From positions 1-12,630 of the forward strand of contig JAYPIC010000045.1 of NCBI GenBank assembly GCA_038127595.1: DNA of 12,630 bases, in the 5' to 3' direction. Positions 1 through 6,911 of the stretch are shown here, one piece after another (position 1 is the stretch's first letter; every line of letters starts with the position of its first letter). Origin of the DNA: a bacterium. Lineage in GTDB: Bacteria > Fidelibacterota > Marinisomatia > Marinisomatales > UBA1611. The notes beneath the pieces were generated by a model. The model was not told the origin of the DNA, ran no database searches, and saw only the letters and a list, made by a program, of their open reading frames with translations. The translations under genes and the position numbers were made by a program.

Positions 1-183
1 GTCCAATACTCTCTTGAGGAAAAAGAGGGTGAAATAGTCGAGCAGATTATTAAAAAAGCGGATAAAAACAAAATAATTGTGATGAAAGCATCAGACATGA
101 GTCCAATTAAAAGGTTTTTTAAGGGAAGTGTCCCTCTATCAGTTATGAATGAATGTGATGTGCCAATCCTAATTGTTAAGTAA
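1..183 (+). CDS. Universal stress protein (UspA family), C-terminal fragment; 5' end outside the window
   Basis: Frame +1 is open from base 1 to TAA at 181-183. My translation is VQYSLEEKEGEIVEQIIKKADKNKIIVMKASDMSPIKRFFKGSVPLSVMNECDVPILIVK*. The 'G..VE.I', 'IVM', 'FF.GSV...V....PILIV' pattern is the standard USP C-terminus. Not in the ORF track. Confidence 0.85.
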   Translation, partial: VQYSLEEKEGEIVEQIIKKADKNKIIVMKASDMSPIKRFFKGSVPLSVMNECDVPILIVK

Positions 184-249
184 ATATCAAAAAGCGAGTT
201 TAATAGGTATTATTTAATTAACTTTAAAAAAACAATTAAGGAATAAAAT

Positions 250-1482
250 ATGTCATCAAGCTCAAATCCAACCGAAGCTGCTTATAAAAGTGCAGTAGAA
301 AAATTAGGTCTTAAGTCTAATATTGCTAGAGCTTTAGAGATACCAGATAGAGAACTTAAGGTGGAGATTCCATTTCGTAGAGATAATGGGGAAATTGATA
401 GTGTAGTAGGTTACCGAGTTCAGCACAACAATACTCGAGGTCCTTTCAAAGGGGGAATTAGATATCATCATCATGTTGATATTGATGAAGTTAGATCATT
501 AGCTACGCTAATGACTTGGAAAACTGCTTTGGTTGACATTCCTTATGGCGGTGGAAAAGGTGGGATTGGAATCAATCCAAGTGATTACAGTAAAGTAGAG
601 CTGGAAAGAATTTCCAGGAAATTTTTTAGAGCCATTGATCCTATCATTGGTGTCAATATAGATATACCAGCTCCTGATGTAAATACAAATGCCCAGGTGA
701 TGAGTTGGTTCATGGACGAATACAGTCAAACACATGGCTATACGCCTGGAATTGTTACTGGGAAGCCACTTGAGTTAGGTGGGTCAGAGGGTAGAGAAGC
801 CGCTACAGGTAGAGGTACTGCTATAATCACTCGTGAGGCTGCTGAAAAATGGAATATTGACCTAAAAGGTGCGAAAGTAGTAGTCCAAGGCTTTGGTAAT
901 GTTGGTTCATATGCTGCAAAATTTTTACATGAATATGGTTGTAAAATCATAGGTGTGAGTGACATCAGTGGAGGTCTTTATGCTCCAGATGGTTTTGATG
1001 TAGAGGAGCTTTTTGATTATAATTATAAGCACAGAACTATTGATGGTTATCAGTATGGTAAAAAGATCACAAACGAAGAGTTGTTAGCTTTAGAGTGTGA
1101 TTTTTTAATTCCAGCTGCGTTAGGTAGTGCAATTAATGAAGATAATGTAGACTCATTAAATTGTAAAATTATAATTGAAGCTGCAAACGGTCCAGTCACC
1201 GGTGAAGCAGCTGACAAGTTATGGAAAAAGAAGATATCTATTATCCCAGACATTCTAACTAATGCAGGAGGTGTTACAGTTTCCTATTTTGAATGGGTAC
1301 AAAACTTACAGCAATTTAAATGGCCTGAAGATGAGATTAATCAAAAGTTAGAGCAAAAAATGGTCGCAGCCTTCGACGAAGTCTTTTCTGTAAAACAAAA
1401 TAAAAATGTCCCAATGCGTATTGCTTCTTTTATGGTGGCAATTGATCGCGTTAGTACCGCTTATAATTTGAGGGAAGGATAA
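250..1482 (+). CDS. gdhA: Glutamate dehydrogenase (Glu/Leu/Phe/Val dehydrogenase family), 410 aa
   Basis: Motifs GYRVQHNNTRGPFKGGIRYH, MTWK, PYGGGKGG, DIPAPDVNT, TGKP...GGS.GR..ATG.G, Rossmann VQGFGNVG, EAANGP and PDIL.NAGGVTVSYFEWVQN. AAGGA Shine-Dalgarno upstream. Confidence 0.95.
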   Translation: MSSSSNPTEAAYKSAVEKLGLKSNIARALEIPDRELKVEIPFRRDNGEIDSVVGYRVQHNNTRGPFKGGIRYHHHVDIDEVRSLATLMTWKTALVDIPYGGGKGGIGINPSDYSKVELERISRKFFRAIDPIIGVNIDIPAPDVNTNAQVMSWFMDEYSQTHGYTPGIVTGKPLELGGSEGREAATGRGTAIITREAAEKWNIDLKGAKVVVQGFGNVGSYAAKFLHEYGCKIIGVSDISGGLYAPDGFDVEELFDYNYKHRTIDGYQYGKKITNEELLALECDFLIPAALGSAINEDNVDSLNCKIIIEAANGPVTGEAADKLWKKKISIIPDILTNAGGVTVSYFEWVQNLQQFKWPEDEINQKLEQKMVAAFDEVFSVKQNKNVPMRIASFMVAIDRVSTAYNLREG

Positions 1483-1566
1483 CTTTGTCCAGATATAAAT
1501 TGATTTTATATTTTAATATTACATTATATAACAAATAAATTGACTTAAAATGAAAAGAGGAGAAAC

Positions 1567-2364
1567 ATGGAACTAATTCATCCAATTTTTAAATGGTTAC
1601 ATGTAGTAGCTGGGATAATGTGGATCGGCTTACTGTATTTTTTTAATTTTGTGAACACCGCTTTTGCTCCAACAATGGATGCAGATACGAAGAAAAAGGT
1701 TGTCCCAGAACTTATGCCTAGGACTTTATATTTTTTTAGAATGGGTGCGGCCTGGACTTGGGGTACTGGTATAGTGCTGCTTTACGTTATATATTGGGCT
1801 GGAGGTATGATGCCAGCAGATTTTACTTCGAATGATGTGACTGGTGAGTCTGCAAATATGTTCATACATTTTCTTCTACTTTTTACGTTTGTAGCTGTGT
1901 TTGCCTACGACGCCTTATATAAAAGCCCTCTAGCATCAAATATTAGAGCAGTTACAATTGTTAGTTTTCTTCTTATTACTGCTTACGTTTATGCAATGCA
2001 AACATTGGGCGGTTTCGAATACAGGGCAGTTAACATTCACTTAGGTGCTATGTTTGGAACGATAATGGCATTTAATGTTTGGTTTAGAATATGGCCTGCT
2101 CAGCAAAAAATTATAAACGCTATAAAAAATGGTGATGCTCCTGATGCAGACTTGTTGGCATTAGCTGGACTGAGATCAAAACACAATACTTATATGTCTG
2201 TACCTTTAGTTTGGACTATGCATAATCAGCATCATGTAACAGCTCCAACTGCACTTGGTATTCCAGCTGAATTCTCATGGGTTCTACCTATGCTGATTGT
2301 TATACTTGGATGGCACTTGGTTTTCCAGCTTTACAAGAAATCTGCAACAATCAAGGGTTTCTAG
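1567..2364 (+). CDS. PuuD-like (urate oxidase N-terminal domain) integral membrane protein without the cytochrome c domain
   Basis: KWLHVVAGIMWIGLLYFFNFV, YFFRMGAAWTWGTG, GTIMAFNVWFRIWPAQQKI and RSKHNTYMSVP are family motifs. Several hydrophobic segments, no Cys and therefore no CxxCH. Strong SD (GAGGAG) upstream. Confidence 0.8.
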   Translation: MELIHPIFKWLHVVAGIMWIGLLYFFNFVNTAFAPTMDADTKKKVVPELMPRTLYFFRMGAAWTWGTGIVLLYVIYWAGGMMPADFTSNDVTGESANMFIHFLLLFTFVAVFAYDALYKSPLASNIRAVTIVSFLLITAYVYAMQTLGGFEYRAVNIHLGAMFGTIMAFNVWFRIWPAQQKIINAIKNGDAPDADLLALAGLRSKHNTYMSVPLVWTMHNQHHVTAPTALGIPAEFSWVLPMLIVILGWHLVFQLYKKSATIKGF

Positions 2365-2387
2365 AGCTTAACTAATATTAGACTTCA

Positions 2388-2425
2388 ATAGTAAAAAGCC
2401 CCAGGGAACTGGGGCTTTTTACTAT
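2388..2425. terminator. Intrinsic terminator, probably bidirectional
   Basis: Perfect 17-bp inverted repeat ATAGTAAAAAGCCCCAG-ggaa-CTGGGGCTTTTTACTAT with a GNRA loop, a GC core and A/T tracts on both sides, 23 nt after the PuuD-like stop codon. Confidence 0.92.
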
Positions 2426-2427
2426 CA

Positions 2428-3261
2428 GTGCACAATAAAATTTTGGAAAGAAAAAATGCTATAGTTCTATTACTGGTTGCCGGTGCGATGTGGTCTTTGG
2501 GAGGACTACTTATAAAAAGTATTCCTTGGCATCCGTTGGCAATATCGGGAATGCGAGGAGGTATTGCAGCCGTTGTCATTTATGCATTTTCAAAAGACAA
2601 GAAGATAATTATTACATATGATAAATTACTTGCTGCTTGCTTCTACACTTTGGTCGTTACATTATTTGTTATATCGAATAAATTAACAACAGCTGGAAAC
2701 GCTATACTTCTTCAGTATACTGCTCCAGTATACGTAGCTCTATTTGGCTATATGTTCTTAGGCGAAAAGTCAACCCTAATTGACTGGGTAACAATAATCA
2801 TTTTGCTAGGAGGTCTAGCATTATTTTTTCTTGACGATTTAAGTTTTGATGGGTATTTAGGAAACGCTCTTGCAATATTATCTGGAATGTCTTTTGCGGC
2901 ATTGACCATTTCATTACGTAAACAAAAAGATAATAACCCCTCTGACTCCATTTTACTCGGAAACATTCTAACTTTAATAATTGGCTTGCCTATAATAATC
3001 AGTGAAACATCGTTTAACCTGCATTCAACTATTTTGATTTTAGTTCTTGGAATCATACAGTTAGGCGTACCTTATATTTTTTATACAACAGCGATAAAGC
3101 ATGTAACAGCTCTAGATGCAATAATTTTTCCAGTTATAGAGCCAATATTAAATCCAATACTTGTTTTTTTTATTTTAGGAGAAGCCTTAGGTCCTTGGGC
3201 TTTTTTAGGTGGGTCATTAGTACTAGGCTCAGTCGTTTTCAGAGGATTATTAAAAAAATAA
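2428..3261 (+). CDS. EamA/DMT family transporter; start uncertain (GTG 2428 or TTG 2443)
   Basis: About ten hydrophobic segments in two repeats. Motifs NAILLQYTAPVYVALF...LGEK and IEPILNPILVFFILGE. Confidence 0.9.
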   Translation: MHNKILERKNAIVLLLVAGAMWSLGGLLIKSIPWHPLAISGMRGGIAAVVIYAFSKDKKIIITYDKLLAACFYTLVVTLFVISNKLTTAGNAILLQYTAPVYVALFGYMFLGEKSTLIDWVTIIILLGGLALFFLDDLSFDGYLGNALAILSGMSFAALTISLRKQKDNNPSDSILLGNILTLIIGLPIIISETSFNLHSTILILVLGIIQLGVPYIFYTTAIKHVTALDAIIFPVIEPILNPILVFFILGEALGPWAFLGGSLVLGSVVFRGLLKK

Positions 3262-3286
3262 AAAAGGCTCATATTAGAGCCTCTTT
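3252..3286 (-). terminator. Intrinsic terminator for the peroxiredoxin transcript, between convergent genes
   Basis: Stem AGGCTC (3265-3270), loop atatta, GAGCCT (3277-3282). The preceding A-run gives a long U-tract on the minus strand; the plus-strand tail (CTTTC) is weaker. Confidence 0.7.
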
Positions 3287-3345
3287 CATTAAAGTTTAGT
3301 AGACATCACAGCCTACTAATGTTCAGATTTTTATTAAGTGAAATT

Positions 3346-3810
3346 CTAAATTTCTTTTAATTTTTCTTGAATTTCATCATAATTAGGCTCTTCTCCCGGA
3401 CTTGGGGCAACCCATTTATATTTTACGTCGCCATTTTTTACAATGAAAACTGCTCTATTTGCGCATGTATATTCTTCAATTCCACCAAGACCCTCAAATA
3501 AAACATCATAAGATTTGATGACAGATCTATCTATGTCAGATAGTAAATCAAATTCAAGATTATATTTATCGGAAAATCCCGCATTGGCCCATGGTGAATC
3601 AACGCTAATTCCTAAAACCGTGGCATCAAGATCATTGAAAGACTTTAAGTTGTCTTGGAAAGTGCACATTTCAGTATCGCAAACTCCAGTAAAAGCTCCT
3701 GGATAAAATGCTATTACTACTGATCTGTCACTGAAATCAGATAATGAAACATCTTCTTTTTTCGTGTTTTTAAGGGTGAATTCAGGTGCTTTATCATTTA
3801 GTTCAATCAT
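3346..3810 (-). CDS. Peroxiredoxin (AhpC/TSA family, PrxQ/BCP- or AhpE-like)
   Basis: APEFTL, then peroxidatic motif FYPGAFTGVC (PxxxTxxC) with a second Cys five residues later (CDTEMC), LGISVD, LLSD and the conserved Arg in NRAVFIV. SD AAGGA upstream on the minus strand. Confidence 0.93.
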   Translation of the reverse strand: MIELNDKAPEFTLKNTKKEDVSLSDFSDRSVVIAFYPGAFTGVCDTEMCTFQDNLKSFNDLDATVLGISVDSPWANAGFSDKYNLEFDLLSDIDRSVIKSYDVLFEGLGGIEEYTCANRAVFIVKNGDVKYKWVAPSPGEEPNYDEIQEKLKEI

Positions 3811-3895
3811 AATTATTCCTTTATTGTATTAAAATTCTCTTCTCAATTTACTGTTTTCATTTTAAAAAAATAATGATAAAGGAAATTTGTTTTTG

Positions 3896-3918
3896 TAAAT
3901 AGTAACTATTCCTATTTA
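3896..3918. promoter_or_regulatory. Candidate PerR operator overlapping a putative sigma70 promoter of perR
   Basis: Inverted repeat TAAATAG-taactattc-CTATTTA in the divergent prx/perR spacer, ending 9 nt before the perR ATG. It overlaps a possible -35 TTGTAA (3893-3898) and -10 TTTAAT (3915-3920). Confidence 0.65.
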
Positions 3919-3927
3919 ATTTTTGAT

Positions 3928-4293
3928 ATGAGATATAGTTACCAAAGAGAAATTATAAGAGAAATCATTTGCTCAACCAAATCACATCCAACAGCAGATT
4001 GGGTTTATTCAGAAGCAAAAAAGAAGATTGATAACATAAGTTTAGGTACTGTATACAGGAATTTGAAAACATTGGAAGAAATTGGATCGATCCAAATAAT
4101 ATATGATGAAAATTTGATTAGATATGACGGAAACACAGAAGAGCACCATCACCTTAAATGTAGTGAGTGTGGAGTTTTAATTGATACGAACATAAAATCA
4201 AATTTTGATGAAAAGGATATAGTTAGCAAATACAATTTCAAACCAGAAAAAACAAAATTTTTCATAATTGGAAAATGTAATAAACATAAATAA
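3928..4293 (+). CDS. perR: Fur-family transcriptional regulator, PerR type
   Basis: SHPTADWVY, ISLGTVYRNL (HTH), RYDGN..EHHHLKCSECG.LID. The His/Asp/His/His/Asp regulatory-metal ligand set of PerR is present. Located between peroxiredoxin and rubrerythrin genes. Confidence 0.85.
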   Translation: MRYSYQREIIREIICSTKSHPTADWVYSEAKKKIDNISLGTVYRNLKTLEEIGSIQIIYDENLIRYDGNTEEHHHLKCSECGVLIDTNIKSNFDEKDIVSKYNFKPEKTKFFIIGKCNKHK

Positions 4294-4306
4294 AAAGGAG
4301 ATAGAA

Positions 4307-4726
4307 ATGAGTTTAGATGGAACCAAAACCCATGAGAATCTAAAGGCAGCTTTTGCTGGAGAATCTCAAGCGAACAGAAGATACCTATATTTTGCTAGAG
4401 CAGCAGACATCGAAGGTTACCCTGAGGCAGCTGGAGTCTTCAAAAATACTGCGGACGGTGAAACTGGTCACGCTTTCGGGCATCTTGAGTTTCTTGAAAA
4501 AGGCGGTGCAGGAGATCCTGCTACAGGCTTAAACATTGGAGAAACTGAAGATAATTTAAAAGCCGCTGTAGCAGGTGAGACGTATGAGTATACAGAAATG
4601 TATCCAGGTTTTGCTGCGACAGCTAGAGAAGAAGGGTTTGATGATATTGCTGAATGGTTTGAAACTCTAGCAAGAGCTGAGAAATCTCATGCTGGAAAAT
4701 TTCAAGAGACCTTAGATTCTTTATAA
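4307..4726 (+). CDS. rbr: Rubrerythrin, short aerobic type (no rubredoxin domain), 139 aa
   Basis: [38 protein letters not shown] and AEKSHA supply the di-iron ligands. No Cys, so no rubredoxin domain. Start moved from TTG 4268 to ATG 4307 because of SD AAGGAG at 4295-4300. Confidence 0.95.
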   Translation: MSLDGTKTHENLKAAFAGESQANRRYLYFARAADIEGYPEAAGVFKNTADGETGHAFGHLEFLEKGGAGDPATGLNIGETEDNLKAAVAGETYEYTEMYPGFAATAREEGFDDIAEWFETLARAEKSHAGKFQETLDSL

Positions 4727-4735
4727 AACTAGATC

Positions 4736-4776
4736 TTAGCATCAATGGGCATATAGTCCATTGATGCTAATTTATT
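4736..4776 (+). terminator. Intra-operon stem-loop after rbr (partial terminator or RNA stabiliser)
   Basis: TTAGCATCAATGGGC-atata-GTCCATTGATGCTAA forms a 15-bp stem with one G.U pair on the + strand. It is followed by TTTATT and then directly by the next SD (GGAGGTGA). Confidence 0.7.
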
Positions 4777-4786
4777 GGAGGTGATT

Positions 4787-6223
4787 ATGCTTAATCATTC
4801 TGATACAAAAGATGCTATATACGACATTACTAATCCTAGCTACTGGGATAAGTCTTCTTTAGATAATGAGCTCAACAGAGTTTACGATATTTGTATAGGT
4901 TGTAGGCTTTGTTTCAACTTATGCCCTTCATTTCCATCATTATTCAATTCCATTGATGGCATTGGCGATGAAAAACGAAGAGAAGCTGAAACCAAAGGGA
5001 TTGTAGAAAAAGAAGACTCAGACCGTGCATATTTAGATCTTCCTGAGGGTGAGCACGCCAGTGAAGCTAGTATTGAGGTTGATTTTCGTGGTGAAGTGAC
5101 CGAGCTTTCTATTGAGCAGAAATGGGAAGTTGTAGATTTATGCTATCAATGTAAATTGTGTGATCCTATCTGTCCTTACACCCCCGGTAAAGAGCATGAG
5201 TTTGAGCTTGATTTTCCTAAGCTGATGACCCGTGCCCAAGCAATCAGGACAAAAGATAGGGGCTTAAAATTAAATGATGTTTTTCTTTCAAAGACTGATT
5301 TATTAGGTACATTGGGTTCATATTTTGGACCGTTAATTAATTTCGTTAATCGTATCAGTATTGTCAGATGGTTCATGGATAAGATAATCGGGATCCATAA
5401 AGATAGAAAGCTTCCAGAACTGGCCACTTTGACTTTTGAGAAATGGTTTAAAAATCATAAGTCTGTAGTTGAAGATCCAATTGATAAAGTTGTTATTTTC
5501 GGTACTTGTTATACTAATTCAAATGATGTAGACCTAGGCATAAGTGCTGTGGAAATCCTAGAACACAATAATGTGGAATGTGTTTACCCCAAACAGCAAT
5601 GTTGTGGCGCGCCGCATTTAAGCCCTGGAGACTTTGATAGTTTCAAAAAACAGGCTGATCCTAATGTTGAAGAACTATATAAATGGGTTTCTAAGGGGTA
5701 CAAGATTATAGTAACAGGTCCGCCTACATGCAGTTTAACTTTAAAATCCGAGTATCCCGATTACTTGGAAATGAGCGATAAAGTAAAGAAGATATCAGAA
5801 AGCACATATGATATATCTGAATATTTAGCAATGTTGAAAAAAGAGGATAAAATCAAAACAGATTTCAAAAACAGCATTGGAACTGTTAATTATCATGTGA
5901 GTTGTCATTTAAAAGCGCAGCGAATCGGCTACAAAAGCAGGGATGTTCTAAGAATGGTTCCTGACACGAAAGTAAATCTGATTAATCAGTGCAGTGGAAT
6001 GGATGGAGGATGGGGAATGAAATCTGAGTTTTTTGAAGAGTCAATGAAAGTAGCTGATAGATGCGTAAATGATATTAGTGCTAAAGAATCTGATGTAGCT
6101 TGCTCAGATTGCTCTCTAGCCAGTCATCAGATAAAACAAGCTAGTGAAGAAAAAATTAAACCAAGCCACCCAATAATTGAGTTACATAAAGCTTATGGCT
6201 TTAATGATAGTGAAAGGAAATAA
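4787..6223 (+). CDS. Rubrerythrin-associated Fe-S oxidoreductase (GlpC/HdrD-like; 2x[4Fe-4S] plus CCG domains)
   Basis: Ferredoxin motifs CIGCRLCFNLCP and CYQCKLCDPICP, then FGTC, QQCCGAP, PTCS, YHVSCH, QCSGMDG and CSDC. ATG 4787 preferred over TTG 4775 because GGAGG lies at 4777-4781. Confidence 0.9.
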   Translation: MLNHSDTKDAIYDITNPSYWDKSSLDNELNRVYDICIGCRLCFNLCPSFPSLFNSIDGIGDEKRREAETKGIVEKEDSDRAYLDLPEGEHASEASIEVDFRGEVTELSIEQKWEVVDLCYQCKLCDPICPYTPGKEHEFELDFPKLMTRAQAIRTKDRGLKLNDVFLSKTDLLGTLGSYFGPLINFVNRISIVRWFMDKIIGIHKDRKLPELATLTFEKWFKNHKSVVEDPIDKVVIFGTCYTNSNDVDLGISAVEILEHNNVECVYPKQQCCGAPHLSPGDFDSFKKQADPNVEELYKWVSKGYKIIVTGPPTCSLTLKSEYPDYLEMSDKVKKISESTYDISEYLAMLKKEDKIKTDFKNSIGTVNYHVSCHLKAQRIGYKSRDVLRMVPDTKVNLINQCSGMDGGWGMKSEFFEESMKVADRCVNDISAKESDVACSDCSLASHQIKQASEEKIKPSHPIIELHKAYGFNDSERK

Positions 6224-6810
6224 TGATGAATACATTAATACAAAAATCTGATTTACTGAATATAATTGATTATGAAAAGCAGAGAGATACCTACAGGTCA
6301 GAATTAATTGATTACAAAAAAAATAGACGATTTAAACTTGGTCCAAATATCCTGATAACATTTGAAAATAGTAAAACGATGAAATTTCAGATACAGGAAA
6401 TGATGAGAGCTGAAAGAATGGTCCATGATAGCCAGATTGAAGAGGAACTAAACGTTTATAATCCATTAATACCTGGTGGTGATGAACTTAGCGCTACGTT
6501 GTTCATTGAAATCACAGATCCGGAAAAAATAAGACCGGTATTAGACAGTTTTATTGGTCTAACTGAAGGTGTAAATGTATTTTTTGAAATCGATGGAGAG
6601 AAGGTAGTAGCAAAATTTGAAGAAGGAAGAGAAAAGGAAGATAATATAAGTTCTGTTCATTATATTAGATTTCCTTTTACCGAACAGCAAAAAAATAATT
6701 TTGTTGAAAATTCAAGTTCAATTTCAATTCATATAGACTATGGTGAATACAGCCACAGCATTGTGCTGGATGACAATATGAAAAATTCACTTGCTGATGA
6801 TTTCATTTAA
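6223..6810 (+). CDS. DUF3501 family protein
   Basis: YEK.R, KK.RR..LG, FEN..T...QIQEM.RAER, YNPLIP...ELSATLFIE and SSVHYIRF. Translationally coupled (TAATG) to the Fe-S gene, in the known rbr / Fe-S oxidoreductase / DUF3501 order. Confidence 0.9.
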   Translation: MMNTLIQKSDLLNIIDYEKQRDTYRSELIDYKKNRRFKLGPNILITFENSKTMKFQIQEMMRAERMVHDSQIEEELNVYNPLIPGGDELSATLFIEITDPEKIRPVLDSFIGLTEGVNVFFEIDGEKVVAKFEEGREKEDNISSVHYIRFPFTEQQKNNFVENSSSISIHIDYGEYSHSIVLDDNMKNSLADDFI

Positions 6811-6911
6811 GGTTTAAACGTTTATTAAAAACATAGAAATCTTCATAGTTTAGAATCTTTTACTTTTTTTCTGTAAGCCTTACCTTTAGATAGTAATTCT
6901 AAAGGGTTTAA

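Noticed and set aside
508..1253. Three short minus-strand ORFs (508-735, 738-965, 1050-1253)
   Set aside because: They lie wholly antisense to a well-conserved gdhA and show no recognisable motifs; shadow ORFs.
1493..1511. Palindrome ATATAAA-ttgat-TTTATAT upstream of the PuuD-like gene
   Set aside because: Arms consist only of A/T in an extremely AT-rich spacer; expected by chance.
2385..3272. Minus-strand ORFs 2385-2579, 2748-3056 and 3081-3272
   Set aside because: Antisense shadows of the hydrophobic DMT gene; the first also runs through the terminator.
3346..3810. Possible selenocysteine peroxiredoxin with a SECIS-like downstream hairpin
   Set aside because: The active-site residues are ordinary Cys codons, there is no in-frame TGA, and the gene ends in TAG.
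3868..3888. Fur-box-like AATAATGATAAAGGAAATT in the prx/perR spacer
   Set aside because: Only one half-site matches and the region is very AT-rich, so it cannot be distinguished from chance.
4268..4306. Rubrerythrin N-terminal extension from TTG 4268 given in the ORF track
   Set aside because: It overlaps the perR 3' end and contains the SD; ATG 4307 matches the family N-terminus.
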